Shown in pieces: positions 9,830 through 18,953 of a stretch of DNA of 64,000 nucleotides (the stretch's first letter is position 1; each line of letters opens with the position of its first letter). The notes below the pieces were generated by a model, which saw only the letters and a program-made list of their open reading frames with translations, was not told the DNA's origin and made no database searches. The position numbers and the translations under genes are program-made. Source of the stretch: Acetobacter sp. (GTDB lineage Bacteria; Pseudomonadota; Alphaproteobacteria; Acetobacterales; Acetobacteraceae); contig NZ_JBQDXI010000002.1 of the NCBI RefSeq assembly GCF_052102375.1, positions 4,159-68,158 of the forward strand, written 5' to 3'.

Positions 9830-9967
9830 CGCATGAACTCTATCGGCTGATAGCCTCTTATTGGGCTTTATGAAGCTTTGCTAAACGCTGCGCCATCTTT
9901 CTACGCTAATATTGAGAATACTCGCATAGCTAAGCGCGTTACTTAAATTGCACCATCTCTATCAATA

Positions 9968-10004
9968 AAAAAGGGCCTGCACACCGGATGTACAGGCCCT
10001 TTTT
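9968..10004. terminator. Bidirectional intrinsic terminator between rppH and emrB-like gene
   Basis: AAAAAGGGCCTG (9968-9979) / CAGGCCCTTTTT (9993-10004). Confidence 0.88.
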
Positions 10005-10020
10005 GTGCTCAGTTAAAAAC

Positions 10021-11598
10021 TTAATGTGCTGCACCTGGCTTGCCATTTCCCCGCACCGGAGAAAACAGGAAGCAGAATGGAACACACAAAAACGCCCCTA
10101 CACCCAAAATCATGAACACTTCATTGTAAGTCAGCAACGCAACCTGTTGGGAGAAGCGCACAAACTGCACATGCTCCGCTATTGCCTGCGCTGTTTGCGG
10201 CAAGGCTCCATTGGCTTCTGCCGCTGTTTTTACATGGTTCAGGTAGTCATTATAGGGCTGATGGAACGGGGTCATCCAATGCACCATATGGGCCTGATGC
10301 GCCTGCCTGCGTTCGGTCAACAAAGCTGTTGCACCAGAAATTGCCAAAGACCCCAGCACGTTACGCGACATACTGAACAACGCTGACGCATCCGCATTCA
10401 TCTTCTCAGGGATGGTGGAATACGCAATGGTTGAGAGCGGCACAAACAGAAAGGCCAAACAGGCCGTCTGGATCATGCGGAAGAAGACCAGATGCTTGAA
10501 GTCAAGCGCGGGTACAAGATTGGCGGAGGTATAAAGCGCTATCCCCATCAGGAAGAACCCCAGCGCAATCACGTTACGAACGCTCGTAAGCGACATAAGC
10601 TTTCCGACAATGGGGATGAGAATAATAACGGCAATCCCACCCGGCGAAAGAATCAGGCCGGACAGTGTAGCCGTGTACCCCATCACCTGCTGGGCAAACT
10701 GCGGGACAATGATAGCCGATGCATAGAGCAAAGCCCCCATAGCCCCGATAAGCGCTGTGCCTACTGCGAAATTACGGTCCTTGAAGACACGCAGGTCCAC
10801 GGCAGGTTTGTCCGTATGCAGCAGCCACATAATGGCACCACCAATGCCAAGCACTGCCAGAACAGCCATAATACGAATGAAGGTTGAACCAAACCAGTCA
10901 GCATCCTCACCACGGTCAACCATCACTTCAAGGCAGCTAAAGCCCAGCGTGATCAAGCTTATGCCTATGACGTCAACCGGCGCTTTGCGCTTTCTGGCCC
11001 ATGGCGGGTCTTCCACCATGGTGGCAACACCCAATGTTGTCAGGAAGCCAAAGGGAACGTTGATGAAGAAGATCCAGCGCCATGAGAAGTTATCAGTAAT
11101 CCAGCCACCCAGCGTTGGGCCAATAACCGGCCCCACCACAGCGGCAATGGCTGTCAGGCCAAAGGCAGCCGCCCGCTTTTCCGGCGGGAAGCTGTCAAGA
11201 ATGATGGACTGCTGATTGGGCTGCAATCCCCCGCCAAAGAAGCCCTGCATCATACGGAAGATGATGAGCTCCACCAGAGATGTGGCCATACCGCAAAGAA
11301 ACGAGGAGACAGTAAACATGACAATACAGATCATGAAATACTGTTTTCGACCAAAGACTTTTCCCAACCATCCGGAAATGGTCAGAACAATACCGTTAGC
11401 AACAAGATAGGCGGTCAGTGTCCATGTTGCATCGTCATAAGTACTTGAAAGACTGCCAGCAATATGTGGCAGGGACACGTTAACAATTGTCGTGTCCAGA
11501 ATTTCCATAAAGGCCGCCATGGTTACCACGAAGGCAACGGCCCACGGGTTGTGGCGGGGCTTCCACCCCGCCTTAGCTGTGTCGGCCTGTCCGCTCAT
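10021..11598 (-). CDS. emrB: DHA2 family MFS efflux permease (EmrB/QacA type)
   Basis: AAFMEILDTTIVNVSLPHIAGSL, GKVFGRK motif A, GPVIGPTLGGWITDNFSWRWIFFINVPFG motif C; about 14 TMs. Confidence 0.88.
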   Translation of the reverse strand: MSGQADTAKAGWKPRHNPWAVAFVVTMAAFMEILDTTIVNVSLPHIAGSLSSTYDDATWTLTAYLVANGIVLTISGWLGKVFGRKQYFMICIVMFTVSSFLCGMATSLVELIIFRMMQGFFGGGLQPNQQSIILDSFPPEKRAAAFGLTAIAAVVGPVIGPTLGGWITDNFSWRWIFFINVPFGFLTTLGVATMVEDPPWARKRKAPVDVIGISLITLGFSCLEVMVDRGEDADWFGSTFIRIMAVLAVLGIGGAIMWLLHTDKPAVDLRVFKDRNFAVGTALIGAMGALLYASAIIVPQFAQQVMGYTATLSGLILSPGGIAVIILIPIVGKLMSLTSVRNVIALGFFLMGIALYTSANLVPALDFKHLVFFRMIQTACLAFLFVPLSTIAYSTIPEKMNADASALFSMSRNVLGSLAISGATALLTERRQAHQAHMVHWMTPFHQPYNDYLNHVKTAAEANGALPQTAQAIAEHVQFVRFSQQVALLTYNEVFMILGVGAFLCVPFCFLFSPVRGNGKPGAAH

Positions 11599-12761
11599 TG
11601 CGCAATATGCTCATGAGCTGGTTGCGCCGCAGTGTGTGCCGGGGCATCAGAATGGCCATCTGTATCGATATGCACGACCGGCACCACGGAAAGCCCCAGA
11701 GCCAATGGCAGGTTGGGATCCAACCCGTCATCAATCAGAATCTTTACCGGCACACGCTGTACAATTTTCACATAGTTGCCGGTTGCGTTTTCTGGCGGGA
11801 ATGCACTGAAGGTTGCGCCCGTTCCCTTCTGCAAGGAGTCAACATGACCATGCAGTTTAAGGGAGGGATACGCATCGACCTTCACATCCACGGCTTGGCC
11901 GGGACGGATGTGCGTGAGCTGCGTTTCTTTATAGTTAGCAACAACCCATACTTCCGGTTCTACAATAGACAGCACATGCTGGCCTGCAGCCACATAGTTG
12001 CCGCGCTCCAGATTACGCTGGGAAATCCAGCCGTCACAGGGGGCACGCAGTTCCGTCCATTCAAGGTTCAGGGCAGCGTTATCAAGGTCAGCCTGAGCAG
12101 ACTTAACCTGCCCTTCCTGCTGGCTGACACGAATTTTGGTGTTGTTGATGTTTGGCAGAACAGGTGTAGCAGTCTGTACCGCACCCTGGGCTTCCATAAC
12201 CTGCGCTTTGGCAGACTCCAGCGCGGCGCGCGCGTAGTCAATATCCTGCTGCGATGTTGCGGCACGCTCAACAGAACGCTGGCGTTTGTAATCTGCTTCA
12301 GCTTTCAGGGCCTGCGCTTTGGCGGCTGCCAGATTACCCTGCGCCTGCGTCAGACGACCCGGGAATTCAAGGGCGGCAACATCCCGCAGCATCTCAGACG
12401 CCTGAAACCCAGCCTGCGCCTGCTCCAGCACACCTGCCGCTTTATCACGCGCAGCTTTCCAGTCCCTCGGGTCAATACGAGCCAGCAACTGACCTTTGTG
12501 AACATACTGGTTATCGTTCACCAGCAGCTCAGTCACATAACCACCAACGTGGGGAGAAATGGTAACGGCGCGGCCTGCGGTAAAGGCGTCATCCGTCTCT
12601 ACCTCGTTGCGGGTCAGGAACCAGTAAACCCCTGCGGCAACAGCCAGAACCAGAATAACGACCGTAAGAATGATCTTACCGCGCGCACTCTTTTTCTTCC
12701 CAGCAGGCTTTGTCCCGTTCTCAGCCTCTTCACCAGACTGTTCGTTATGGTCGTCAGCCAT
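11595..12761 (-). CDS. emrA: HlyD/EmrA family periplasmic adaptor
   Basis: N-terminal TM, ETDDAF, lipoyl and hairpin domains, FSAFPPENATGNYVKIVQRVPVKI; ATGA overlap with emrB. Confidence 0.88.
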   Translation of the reverse strand: MADDHNEQSGEEAENGTKPAGKKKSARGKIILTVVILVLAVAAGVYWFLTRNEVETDDAFTAGRAVTISPHVGGYVTELLVNDNQYVHKGQLLARIDPRDWKAARDKAAGVLEQAQAGFQASEMLRDVAALEFPGRLTQAQGNLAAAKAQALKAEADYKRQRSVERAATSQQDIDYARAALESAKAQVMEAQGAVQTATPVLPNINNTKIRVSQQEGQVKSAQADLDNAALNLEWTELRAPCDGWISQRNLERGNYVAAGQHVLSIVEPEVWVVANYKETQLTHIRPGQAVDVKVDAYPSLKLHGHVDSLQKGTGATFSAFPPENATGNYVKIVQRVPVKILIDDGLDPNLPLALGLSVVPVVHIDTDGHSDAPAHTAAQPAHEHIAQ

Positions 12762-12828
12762 CCTGTTCCCCGTCTTTCAAACGCAATACCGCACTCACTT
12801 CCGGCCATGAGCGCATACCTCGCACGCC

Positions 12829-12851
12829 ACTGACCGATCGGTTCGGTCAGT
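12829..12851. promoter_or_regulatory. Candidate TetR-type operator upstream of emrAB
   Basis: ACTGACCGA-tcggt-TCGGTCAGT perfect 9-5-9 inverted repeat 68-90 nt upstream of the emrA start. Confidence 0.65.
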
Positions 12852-12987
12852 ATGTGACACGATCAGAAGAGCGCTTCAAGCAGGCATAACGTGCCCTGCC
12901 TGATTTTCACCTACGCCCGGCCAAATGGAGCCTGAGAAAAGGTCTACGGAAACAATCCCTTAAACCAATTCTCCGGCACTTCTCTTT

Positions 12988-14862
12988 TTAACGCTCCAGC
13001 CCCTGGGTACGCACCAGACGGGCATAGAGACCATCCTGCGCCATCAGGCTTTCATGGGTACCGCTCTCCAGCGCACACCCCTCAGCCAGTACAACCACAA
13101 GATCGGCTGACCGGACGGTAGAAAGCCGATGCGCGACAATAATCGTGGTCCGCTTATCCCGCATCTGCGCCAGTGCCTGCTGTACAGCGGCCTCGTTTTC
13201 ACTATCCAGCGCACTGGTCGCCTCATCAAGCAGCAACAACCGCGGGTCGCGCAAAAGAGCACGTGCCAGCGCCACACGTTGCCGCTGACCGCCAGAAAGG
13301 CGCTGCCCCCCCGGCCCCACCCCTGTTTGGTAACCATCTGGCAAGCTTTGAATAAAGGAGTCTGCTGCGGCCGCCTGAGCGGCTTGCTCTACGGCCTGCT
13401 CAGATGCATCGGGCTTGCCGATAAGAATATTTTCCCGCACGGAATAGTCAAACAGCAACGGGTCCTGACTGACATAAGCAATAGCGCCACGCAGGCTCTC
13501 AAGCTTTAAAGTCCGTAAATCCTGCCCGTCCAGAAGGATGCGGCCAGACGTGACATCATGCAAACGCGGCACCAGAGACAACGCAGTGGACTTTCCCGCA
13601 CCGGAGAGGCCGACCAACGCCACGGTCTGCCCCGGCAAAGCCTCAAAGCTCAGTTTATCAAGCCCTACGCGGCCATCACTGTAGACAAAACCGACATCCT
13701 CAAACACCAGATGGCCCTTCCCCGGCGGCAGGTCTACTGCATGGGGGCTATCAGTCACCGCAGTTTTCTCATCAATAATGCTGAAAATGCGGATCAGACC
13801 AGCCAGCCCCTCCTGCACTGCTGCATTGAGAGACCCCAGCGCACGCAGCGGGCGGGCAGCGAGCAACAACGCTGCAACAAACCCGGAAAAATCGCCGAGT
13901 GTGGCCCCTCCCATAGCAGCACGCCACCCGGCAAAACCCAGCACGGCAGCCACAGCAGCACCGCCCAGAGCTTCAAGCAACGGGTCAACACGCGCACGCC
14001 CTTTGGTGATGCTGAGCATAGCAAGATACAGTCGATCGAAAGACAGTGTAGCCCTTGCTTTTTCGCCCTGCTCCATCCCGTACACACGCACCGTCCGCGC
14101 CTGAGAGAAACTCTCCGTCAGGAAGGCAGCAGTTTCGCCAATACGTTCCTGCATCCCACCGGAAGCCCTGCGAACGCGCTTACCCAGTTTTTGAATAGGC
14201 ACCGCAGCTATGGGGTAGAGCAAACCCGCAATCAGGCTCAGCTCCCAATCCATGTAGAACATGGAGACAATCAATCCCACGACCGTCACAACGTCCCCTA
14301 AGGAGTTGACGGCCCGTATCATGGCTTCGCGAATAGACACGGCATCTGTTGTAAAGCGGGCTGCCAGCTTGGCCGGGGCCTCGCTTTCAATACGGGTAAT
14401 GTCTGTTTGCACAAGATGCTCGAACATCGTGCCCTGCAAACCGCGTATTACCACCAGAACCAACCCTTGTGCGGCCAAGGTCTGGGCGTATTGAGAAATT
14501 GCCTTTGCCAGCGTAATCAGCACCACCAACATGGGCACCTGATACAGAATACGCGGGTCGCGTTCTGCAAACATGTCCAGCGCACGCTGGATCACCAACG
14601 GATACAGCGCAGTAAACACGGCAGTGAGCACTGTCAGGCCGATAACAGCAATAATACGACTGGGGTAAAGCCGAACCTGCTCGCGCCACAACCGCCCCAG
14701 CAACACGCGCGTATCATCAGCGGAGAGAGCCGCTTTTTCGCGCTTCTTCTTTTTAGGGGAGCCTTCATCAGTCTGCCGTACTGCGGCAGAGGGTTCATGC
14801 TGCTGCGCCTGCACAGATGCGCGAGAAGACGGAGATGGTACAAGTGGGTCAGAAGAGCTCAT
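12988..14862 (-). CDS. MsbA-like ABC exporter (fused permease and ATPase)
   Basis: 6-TM N-terminal half; Walker A GLSGAGKST, LSGGQRQR signature, LLLLDEATSALD Walker B. Confidence 0.88.
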   Translation of the reverse strand: MSSSDPLVPSPSSRASVQAQQHEPSAAVRQTDEGSPKKKKREKAALSADDTRVLLGRLWREQVRLYPSRIIAVIGLTVLTAVFTALYPLVIQRALDMFAERDPRILYQVPMLVVLITLAKAISQYAQTLAAQGLVLVVIRGLQGTMFEHLVQTDITRIESEAPAKLAARFTTDAVSIREAMIRAVNSLGDVVTVVGLIVSMFYMDWELSLIAGLLYPIAAVPIQKLGKRVRRASGGMQERIGETAAFLTESFSQARTVRVYGMEQGEKARATLSFDRLYLAMLSITKGRARVDPLLEALGGAAVAAVLGFAGWRAAMGGATLGDFSGFVAALLLAARPLRALGSLNAAVQEGLAGLIRIFSIIDEKTAVTDSPHAVDLPPGKGHLVFEDVGFVYSDGRVGLDKLSFEALPGQTVALVGLSGAGKSTALSLVPRLHDVTSGRILLDGQDLRTLKLESLRGAIAYVSQDPLLFDYSVRENILIGKPDASEQAVEQAAQAAAADSFIQSLPDGYQTGVGPGGQRLSGGQRQRVALARALLRDPRLLLLDEATSALDSENEAAVQQALAQMRDKRTTIIVAHRLSTVRSADLVVVLAEGCALESGTHESLMAQDGLYARLVRTQGLER

Positions 14863-14936
14863 GCTGCTTCCTCTACCAGCCTCTTCCCCACGCGTGAAAG
14901 CCGCAGAGCCTAAAAAAAATTTTTACCCAGCCGAAC

Positions 14937-16169
14937 TCACAAGACCAAACCCGCATAAGCAAGGCACGCCTGCCGGGATGCCACACAGCCCCCTTGCTGC
15001 CACCAGTGCCGAATATGCGCCAATATACGCCCGACTTCTGGCCCCGGCGGTAAACCGGCGGCAAGCAGGTCTCTCCCTGCCAGAGGGAAGACGGGGGCAT
15101 CCATGGTAGCAAGCCTGTGACGCACCCGCTCAAACTGAGCTTTTTCTGCGTCTGACTGAGGCTTATCGCGCTTGAAGTCAGCCTGCGCCAACCATGTCCG
15201 CCCGATCAGAATAGCGGCTGGCGTATCAGATAACAGGCACCGTAACGCCGCGTCATCCATATCAGGTGCCGGAACAGGTTGCTCAGTTAAAGCTTTTAGA
15301 GAAAATTCGTCCGCACGGGAAAATTTTAGCCCTCGCGCAAGGGTCGTCACATCCCCTTGCACAAGGGCGGCAAGACGCAGCACCGCATCGGCAGGAGGCA
15401 TCAGATCCATCAAGGCGCTAAAACGCTCTAGTGTAACCCCTTGCGGAAACAATGCCCCCAGCACACCAAGTTCCGCCATAAGAGCCAACTGCCCTGCTGG
15501 CGCTGGCCCGCTCAAGAGCCGCTGCAACTCTGACCAGATGCGCTCCACAGAAAGGCGCGCCAACAACCCAACCCGGTCTGCTATGGCTTTCACAGCGTCC
15601 GGGTCTGGCTGACCTTGGCCATAGCGAGCCTGAAACCGAAAAAAACGCAAAATGCGCAGAGCATCTTCTTCTATTCGGAGCCCTGCCTGCCCGACAAAGC
15701 GCACATGTCCGGCAAGAAGGTCTGCCTGCCCGCCAAAATAATCATGAAGCAGCCCCTCTTTGTCACGGGACATGGCATTGATGGTAAAATCTCGCCTTAA
15801 AGCGTCTTCTCGCCAGTCCTGTGTCCAGCATACAATGGCGTGGCGTCCATCCGTTTCCGTATCCCGGCGCAAGGTCGTAATTTCATACGGTGCAGCCCCG
15901 ATAACAGCCGTTACGGTCCCATGGGACAGCCCAGTCGGCACCACTTTTATCCCGGCGGCTTCCAGCTTTTCCTGCACCTGTTCTGGTGGCTCCGGTGTGG
16001 CCAGATCAACATCCGCAACGGTGCGGCCTACCATCAGGTCACGCACAACACCACCAACCAGCCGGGCCTCTGGCAGAATATGCCAAATTTCAGCCAAAGC
16101 CTGACGCTGCGGTGGGCTTAACCCCTCACTTCCCTTCGTCAACACAGGCTGCAATTTTTCCTTCGCCAT
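14937..16169 (-). CDS. cca: CCA tRNA nucleotidyltransferase (class II)
   Basis: LVGGVVRDL, DVDLAT (DxD), RRDFTINAM, RIEEDALRILRFFRF, LSVERIWSEL. Confidence 0.92.
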   Translation of the reverse strand: MAKEKLQPVLTKGSEGLSPPQRQALAEIWHILPEARLVGGVVRDLMVGRTVADVDLATPEPPEQVQEKLEAAGIKVVPTGLSHGTVTAVIGAAPYEITTLRRDTETDGRHAIVCWTQDWREDALRRDFTINAMSRDKEGLLHDYFGGQADLLAGHVRFVGQAGLRIEEDALRILRFFRFQARYGQGQPDPDAVKAIADRVGLLARLSVERIWSELQRLLSGPAPAGQLALMAELGVLGALFPQGVTLERFSALMDLMPPADAVLRLAALVQGDVTTLARGLKFSRADEFSLKALTEQPVPAPDMDDAALRCLLSDTPAAILIGRTWLAQADFKRDKPQSDAEKAQFERVRHRLATMDAPVFPLAGRDLLAAGLPPGPEVGRILAHIRHWWQQGGCVASRQACLAYAGLVL

Positions 16170-16172
16170 GAA

Positions 16173-16766
16173 TCAACTTTCCGCGGGCATACGGGAAAGC
16201 GGAAAAAAACAGTCACAACTCCACACGCCCATACAGGGCACACCATTGCACTGGCCGGGCTCAGCCAAAGCAGCAAGCTCGTACCAGACAGAACGGGAAA
16301 GACGCGCCTCTATGGGAAACCGACCATCCCCAGCGCGCACGGTGATATAGGGCGGGCAACCACCCTCAGCGCATGCATCCGGCGGAACGTCCCACTGCGC
16401 GCGAATCGGGTTCTCACGACTGGCAACCACTGGTTCGTCCACATTGGTGCAAAAACAGAGCTTTTGCATCCGCCCACAGCCCTTCCAGTCCAGCCCTACC
16501 GCCAAAAACGGTACATCCTCTACCTCAATGCATCCACTCTCAAACGGAGTGCGGAGGAGATATGCCCCCTTATCATCCCGCGTGAGCATGGACCCGAATA
16601 AACAGACCATGGCTTTGCGTTTGATAGGTGTACCCTTATAGAGCCAGACACCATCACGCTTTATCAAAAAGGGCAGTTTTCTGTCAGTTTCGCCGCGTGC
16701 GGCTTCCTCCGGTCCTGCGGTATGGCAGGGCACCGCGCTCTGTTGGAATGGGCCTTCATCGTGCAC
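16173..16766 (-). CDS. DUF1285-like protein, unusually Cys-rich
   Basis: IKRDGVWLYKGTPIKRKAMVCLF, YLLRTPFE..IEVEDVPFLAV, EARLSRSVWYELAALA, GVWS motifs; 12 Cys in 197 aa; divergent from moxR. Confidence 0.75.
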   Translation of the reverse strand: MHDEGPFQQSAVPCHTAGPEEAARGETDRKLPFLIKRDGVWLYKGTPIKRKAMVCLFGSMLTRDDKGAYLLRTPFESGCIEVEDVPFLAVGLDWKGCGRMQKLCFCTNVDEPVVASRENPIRAQWDVPPDACAEGGCPPYITVRAGDGRFPIEARLSRSVWYELAALAEPGQCNGVPCMGVWSCDCFFPLSRMPAES

Positions 16767-16864
16767 TGGCAGATAATCCTGTTATGACTGTTTCACTGCG
16801 TAGACCATGATATAGGGATGATACCCCGCTTGATGTAAGCCCCGTATCTGCCCAGATTGGACCC

Positions 16865-17887
16865 ATGACCGCATCAGACCCTCAGCCCATCACCGGCCAG
16901 ACCGCCACAGCAACCCCAGATGTGCGTGAGGCTGACCGCCTTTGCGCCCACCTGAAAACAGTGCAGCAAGAAATTGCGCGCATTATTTTTGGGCAGGAAC
17001 GGGTTATCAACCAGACCCTGACAGCTATACTGGCAGGCGGGCACGGGCTGCTAGTTGGCGCTCCGGGCCTTGGCAAAACCCTGCTGGTAACAACACTTGG
17101 CACTGTGCTTGGGCTTGATGCCCGGCGCGTGCAGTTTACCCCAGACCTGATGCCCTCCGACATTACCGGCAGTGAAATTCTGGACGAAGACGCGGCCGGT
17201 CATCGGAGTTTTCGTTTTGTGCCTGGGCCAGTCTTCTGTCAGCTTCTGATGGCCGATGAAATTAACCGTGCCAGCCCGCGTACCCAGTCCGCCCTGCTTC
17301 AGGCCATGCAGGAACGGCGCGTTGCCATTGCTGGCACGGACCATGCCCTGCCGTATCCCTTCCATGTACTGGCAACCCAGAACCCGCTGGAGCAGGAAGG
17401 CACCTACCCTCTGCCAGAAGCCCAGCTTGACCGCTTCATGCTGCAAATTCCGCTCAACTTCCCAGATGAAGCTGCCGAGCGGGCCATGCTGCTGGCCACA
17501 ACAGGAGCCGAAAGCACCACCGCCCAACCGGTCATGACACCGCAGGACTTGCTGGCCGCACAATTCCTTGTCCGCACCCTCCCGGTTGGTGACAAAGTGG
17601 TGGATGCCATTCTGAAGCTGGTCCGCTCCGCACGGCCGGAAACCACGTATGATGACACCCTCCGCAACCAAATTGCATGGGGCCCCGGCCCACGTGCAGC
17701 GCAGGCCCTCATGCTTGCCACACGGGCCCGCGCCCTTCTGGATGGACGCCTCTCCCCCAATCTGGACGACGTGATTGCTCTGGCGCACCCTGTTCTGGCC
17801 CACCGTATGTCTTTAACATTTGCGGCGCGGGCGGATGGGGTGCAGCTTGATGCTGTCATTACCCAGCTCCTCAAACATTTGGGCTGA
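16865..17887 (+). CDS. MoxR family AAA+ ATPase
   Basis: GAPGLGKT Walker A, RVQFTPDLMPSDITG, DEINRASPRTQSALLQAMQE, ATQNPLEQEGTYPLPEAQLDRF. Confidence 0.95.
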   Translation: MTASDPQPITGQTATATPDVREADRLCAHLKTVQQEIARIIFGQERVINQTLTAILAGGHGLLVGAPGLGKTLLVTTLGTVLGLDARRVQFTPDLMPSDITGSEILDEDAAGHRSFRFVPGPVFCQLLMADEINRASPRTQSALLQAMQERRVAIAGTDHALPYPFHVLATQNPLEQEGTYPLPEAQLDRFMLQIPLNFPDEAAERAMLLATTGAESTTAQPVMTPQDLLAAQFLVRTLPVGDKVVDAILKLVRSARPETTYDDTLRNQIAWGPGPRAAQALMLATRARALLDGRLSPNLDDVIALAHPVLAHRMSLTFAARADGVQLDAVITQLLKHLG

Positions 17888-18953
17888 CATCTTGCTTTCT
17901 CCCGCCAGTCTCCTGCAACGCCTGAAGGGGCGCACCAGTCAGGCCACGTCCTTACTGAAGGGGAGCGATAGGGCTGCCACGCAGGATTTTTCTGCGTCTC
18001 TGCACGGGAGGCAGCCTGATGACAGTGGCAACAATGCCCTCGGCTTGCAGGGCACTCACCTTGGTCCACAGGCAGCGGCTCTTGCTGCCCGCTTGCCCGA
18101 CATGTTGCTCAAAGCCAATCGTATTGCGGCTACACTTCATGCGGGTCAGCACGGGCAACGGCGTGGTGGGTGGGGCGAAGCCTTCTGGCAATACAGGCAA
18201 GCACAGCCGGGAGAACCTGCGGCCCATATCGACTGGCGGCAATCCGCCCGAAGCACACAGACATACGTGCGTGAAACTGAGGCCGAGGCACCACAGACCC
18301 TCCTTTTGTGGTGCGACCTCTCTCCGTCCATGCAGTGGTGCTCTCACAGTAGTCTACCGGAAAAGCGTGATCGTGCTCTGCTGTTACAACTTACGGTAGC
18401 AGCGCTCCTTTTGCGTTCCGGAGAACGCGTACGCCTGTTGACGCCCGCTGGGCTGGCCACCCTTCCCACAGGGGGAAGCCCCTTGGAACGCTTGGCATTG
18501 GGTTTGTTGCGCCTTGCAGAAACAGCCGAGCATTCGTGCCCCGCTCTTCCTATAGCAGCCTATATTCCTCGTCACGCGCACCTCCTGATAACAAGCGATT
18601 TTTTGTGCGAGGATGCGGCTTTGCACACGGCACTCCGCCAACTGGCGGGCGTCCCTTCCGCAGCGCATCTCATCCATATTTATGACCCGGCAGAACGAAC
18701 CCTCCCTTATCAGGGCCGTGTTTCATTTGAAGGGCTGGAGCAGGAAGCACCGCTCGATCTACCACATGTGCAATCGCTGCGGGCCGATTACGAAAAACAG
18801 TTTCTGGCACGTCACAATGCCCTCGCGGCACAGGCCGCACGTTATGGCCATTCGCTGGTAACTCACTGCACGCAGGACTCGCCGCTAAGTTGCCTGCTCG
18901 CAGTTCAAAACACCATACGCCATAAGGCCGCACAGAAGGGAGACCGCCTATGA
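17820..18953 (+). CDS. DUF58 domain (VWA-like) protein; true start probably downstream of 17820
   Basis: EAFWQYRQAQPGEPAAHIDWRQSAR, YVRETE, CDLSPSM (MIDAS DxSxS), ITSDFL. Confidence 0.88.
   Translation: MRRGRMGCSLMLSLPSSSNIWADILLSPASLLQRLKGRTSQATSLLKGSDRAATQDFSASLHGRQPDDSGNNALGLQGTHLGPQAAALAARLPDMLLKANRIAATLHAGQHGQRRGGWGEAFWQYRQAQPGEPAAHIDWRQSARSTQTYVRETEAEAPQTLLLWCDLSPSMQWCSHSSLPEKRDRALLLQLTVAALLLRSGERVRLLTPAGLATLPTGGSPLERLALGLLRLAETAEHSCPALPIAAYIPRHAHLLITSDFLCEDAALHTALRQLAGVPSAAHLIHIYDPAERTLPYQGRVSFEGLEQEAPLDLPHVQSLRADYEKQFLARHNALAAQAARYGHSLVTHCTQDSPLSCLLAVQNTIRHKAAQKGDRL

Noticed and set aside
9913-9926. Fur box (TGAGAATACTCGCA)
   Set aside because: 7-0-7 rather than 7-1-7 geometry and located between convergent genes; kept only as part of a low-interest sRNA lead.
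11598-12833. 411-aa plus-strand ORF
   Set aside because: Antisense shadow of emrA.
17820-17887. Frameshift or fusion between moxR and DUF58 (68-nt overlap)
   Set aside because: Both frames are intact; the overlap most likely reflects an over-extended start call for DUF58.
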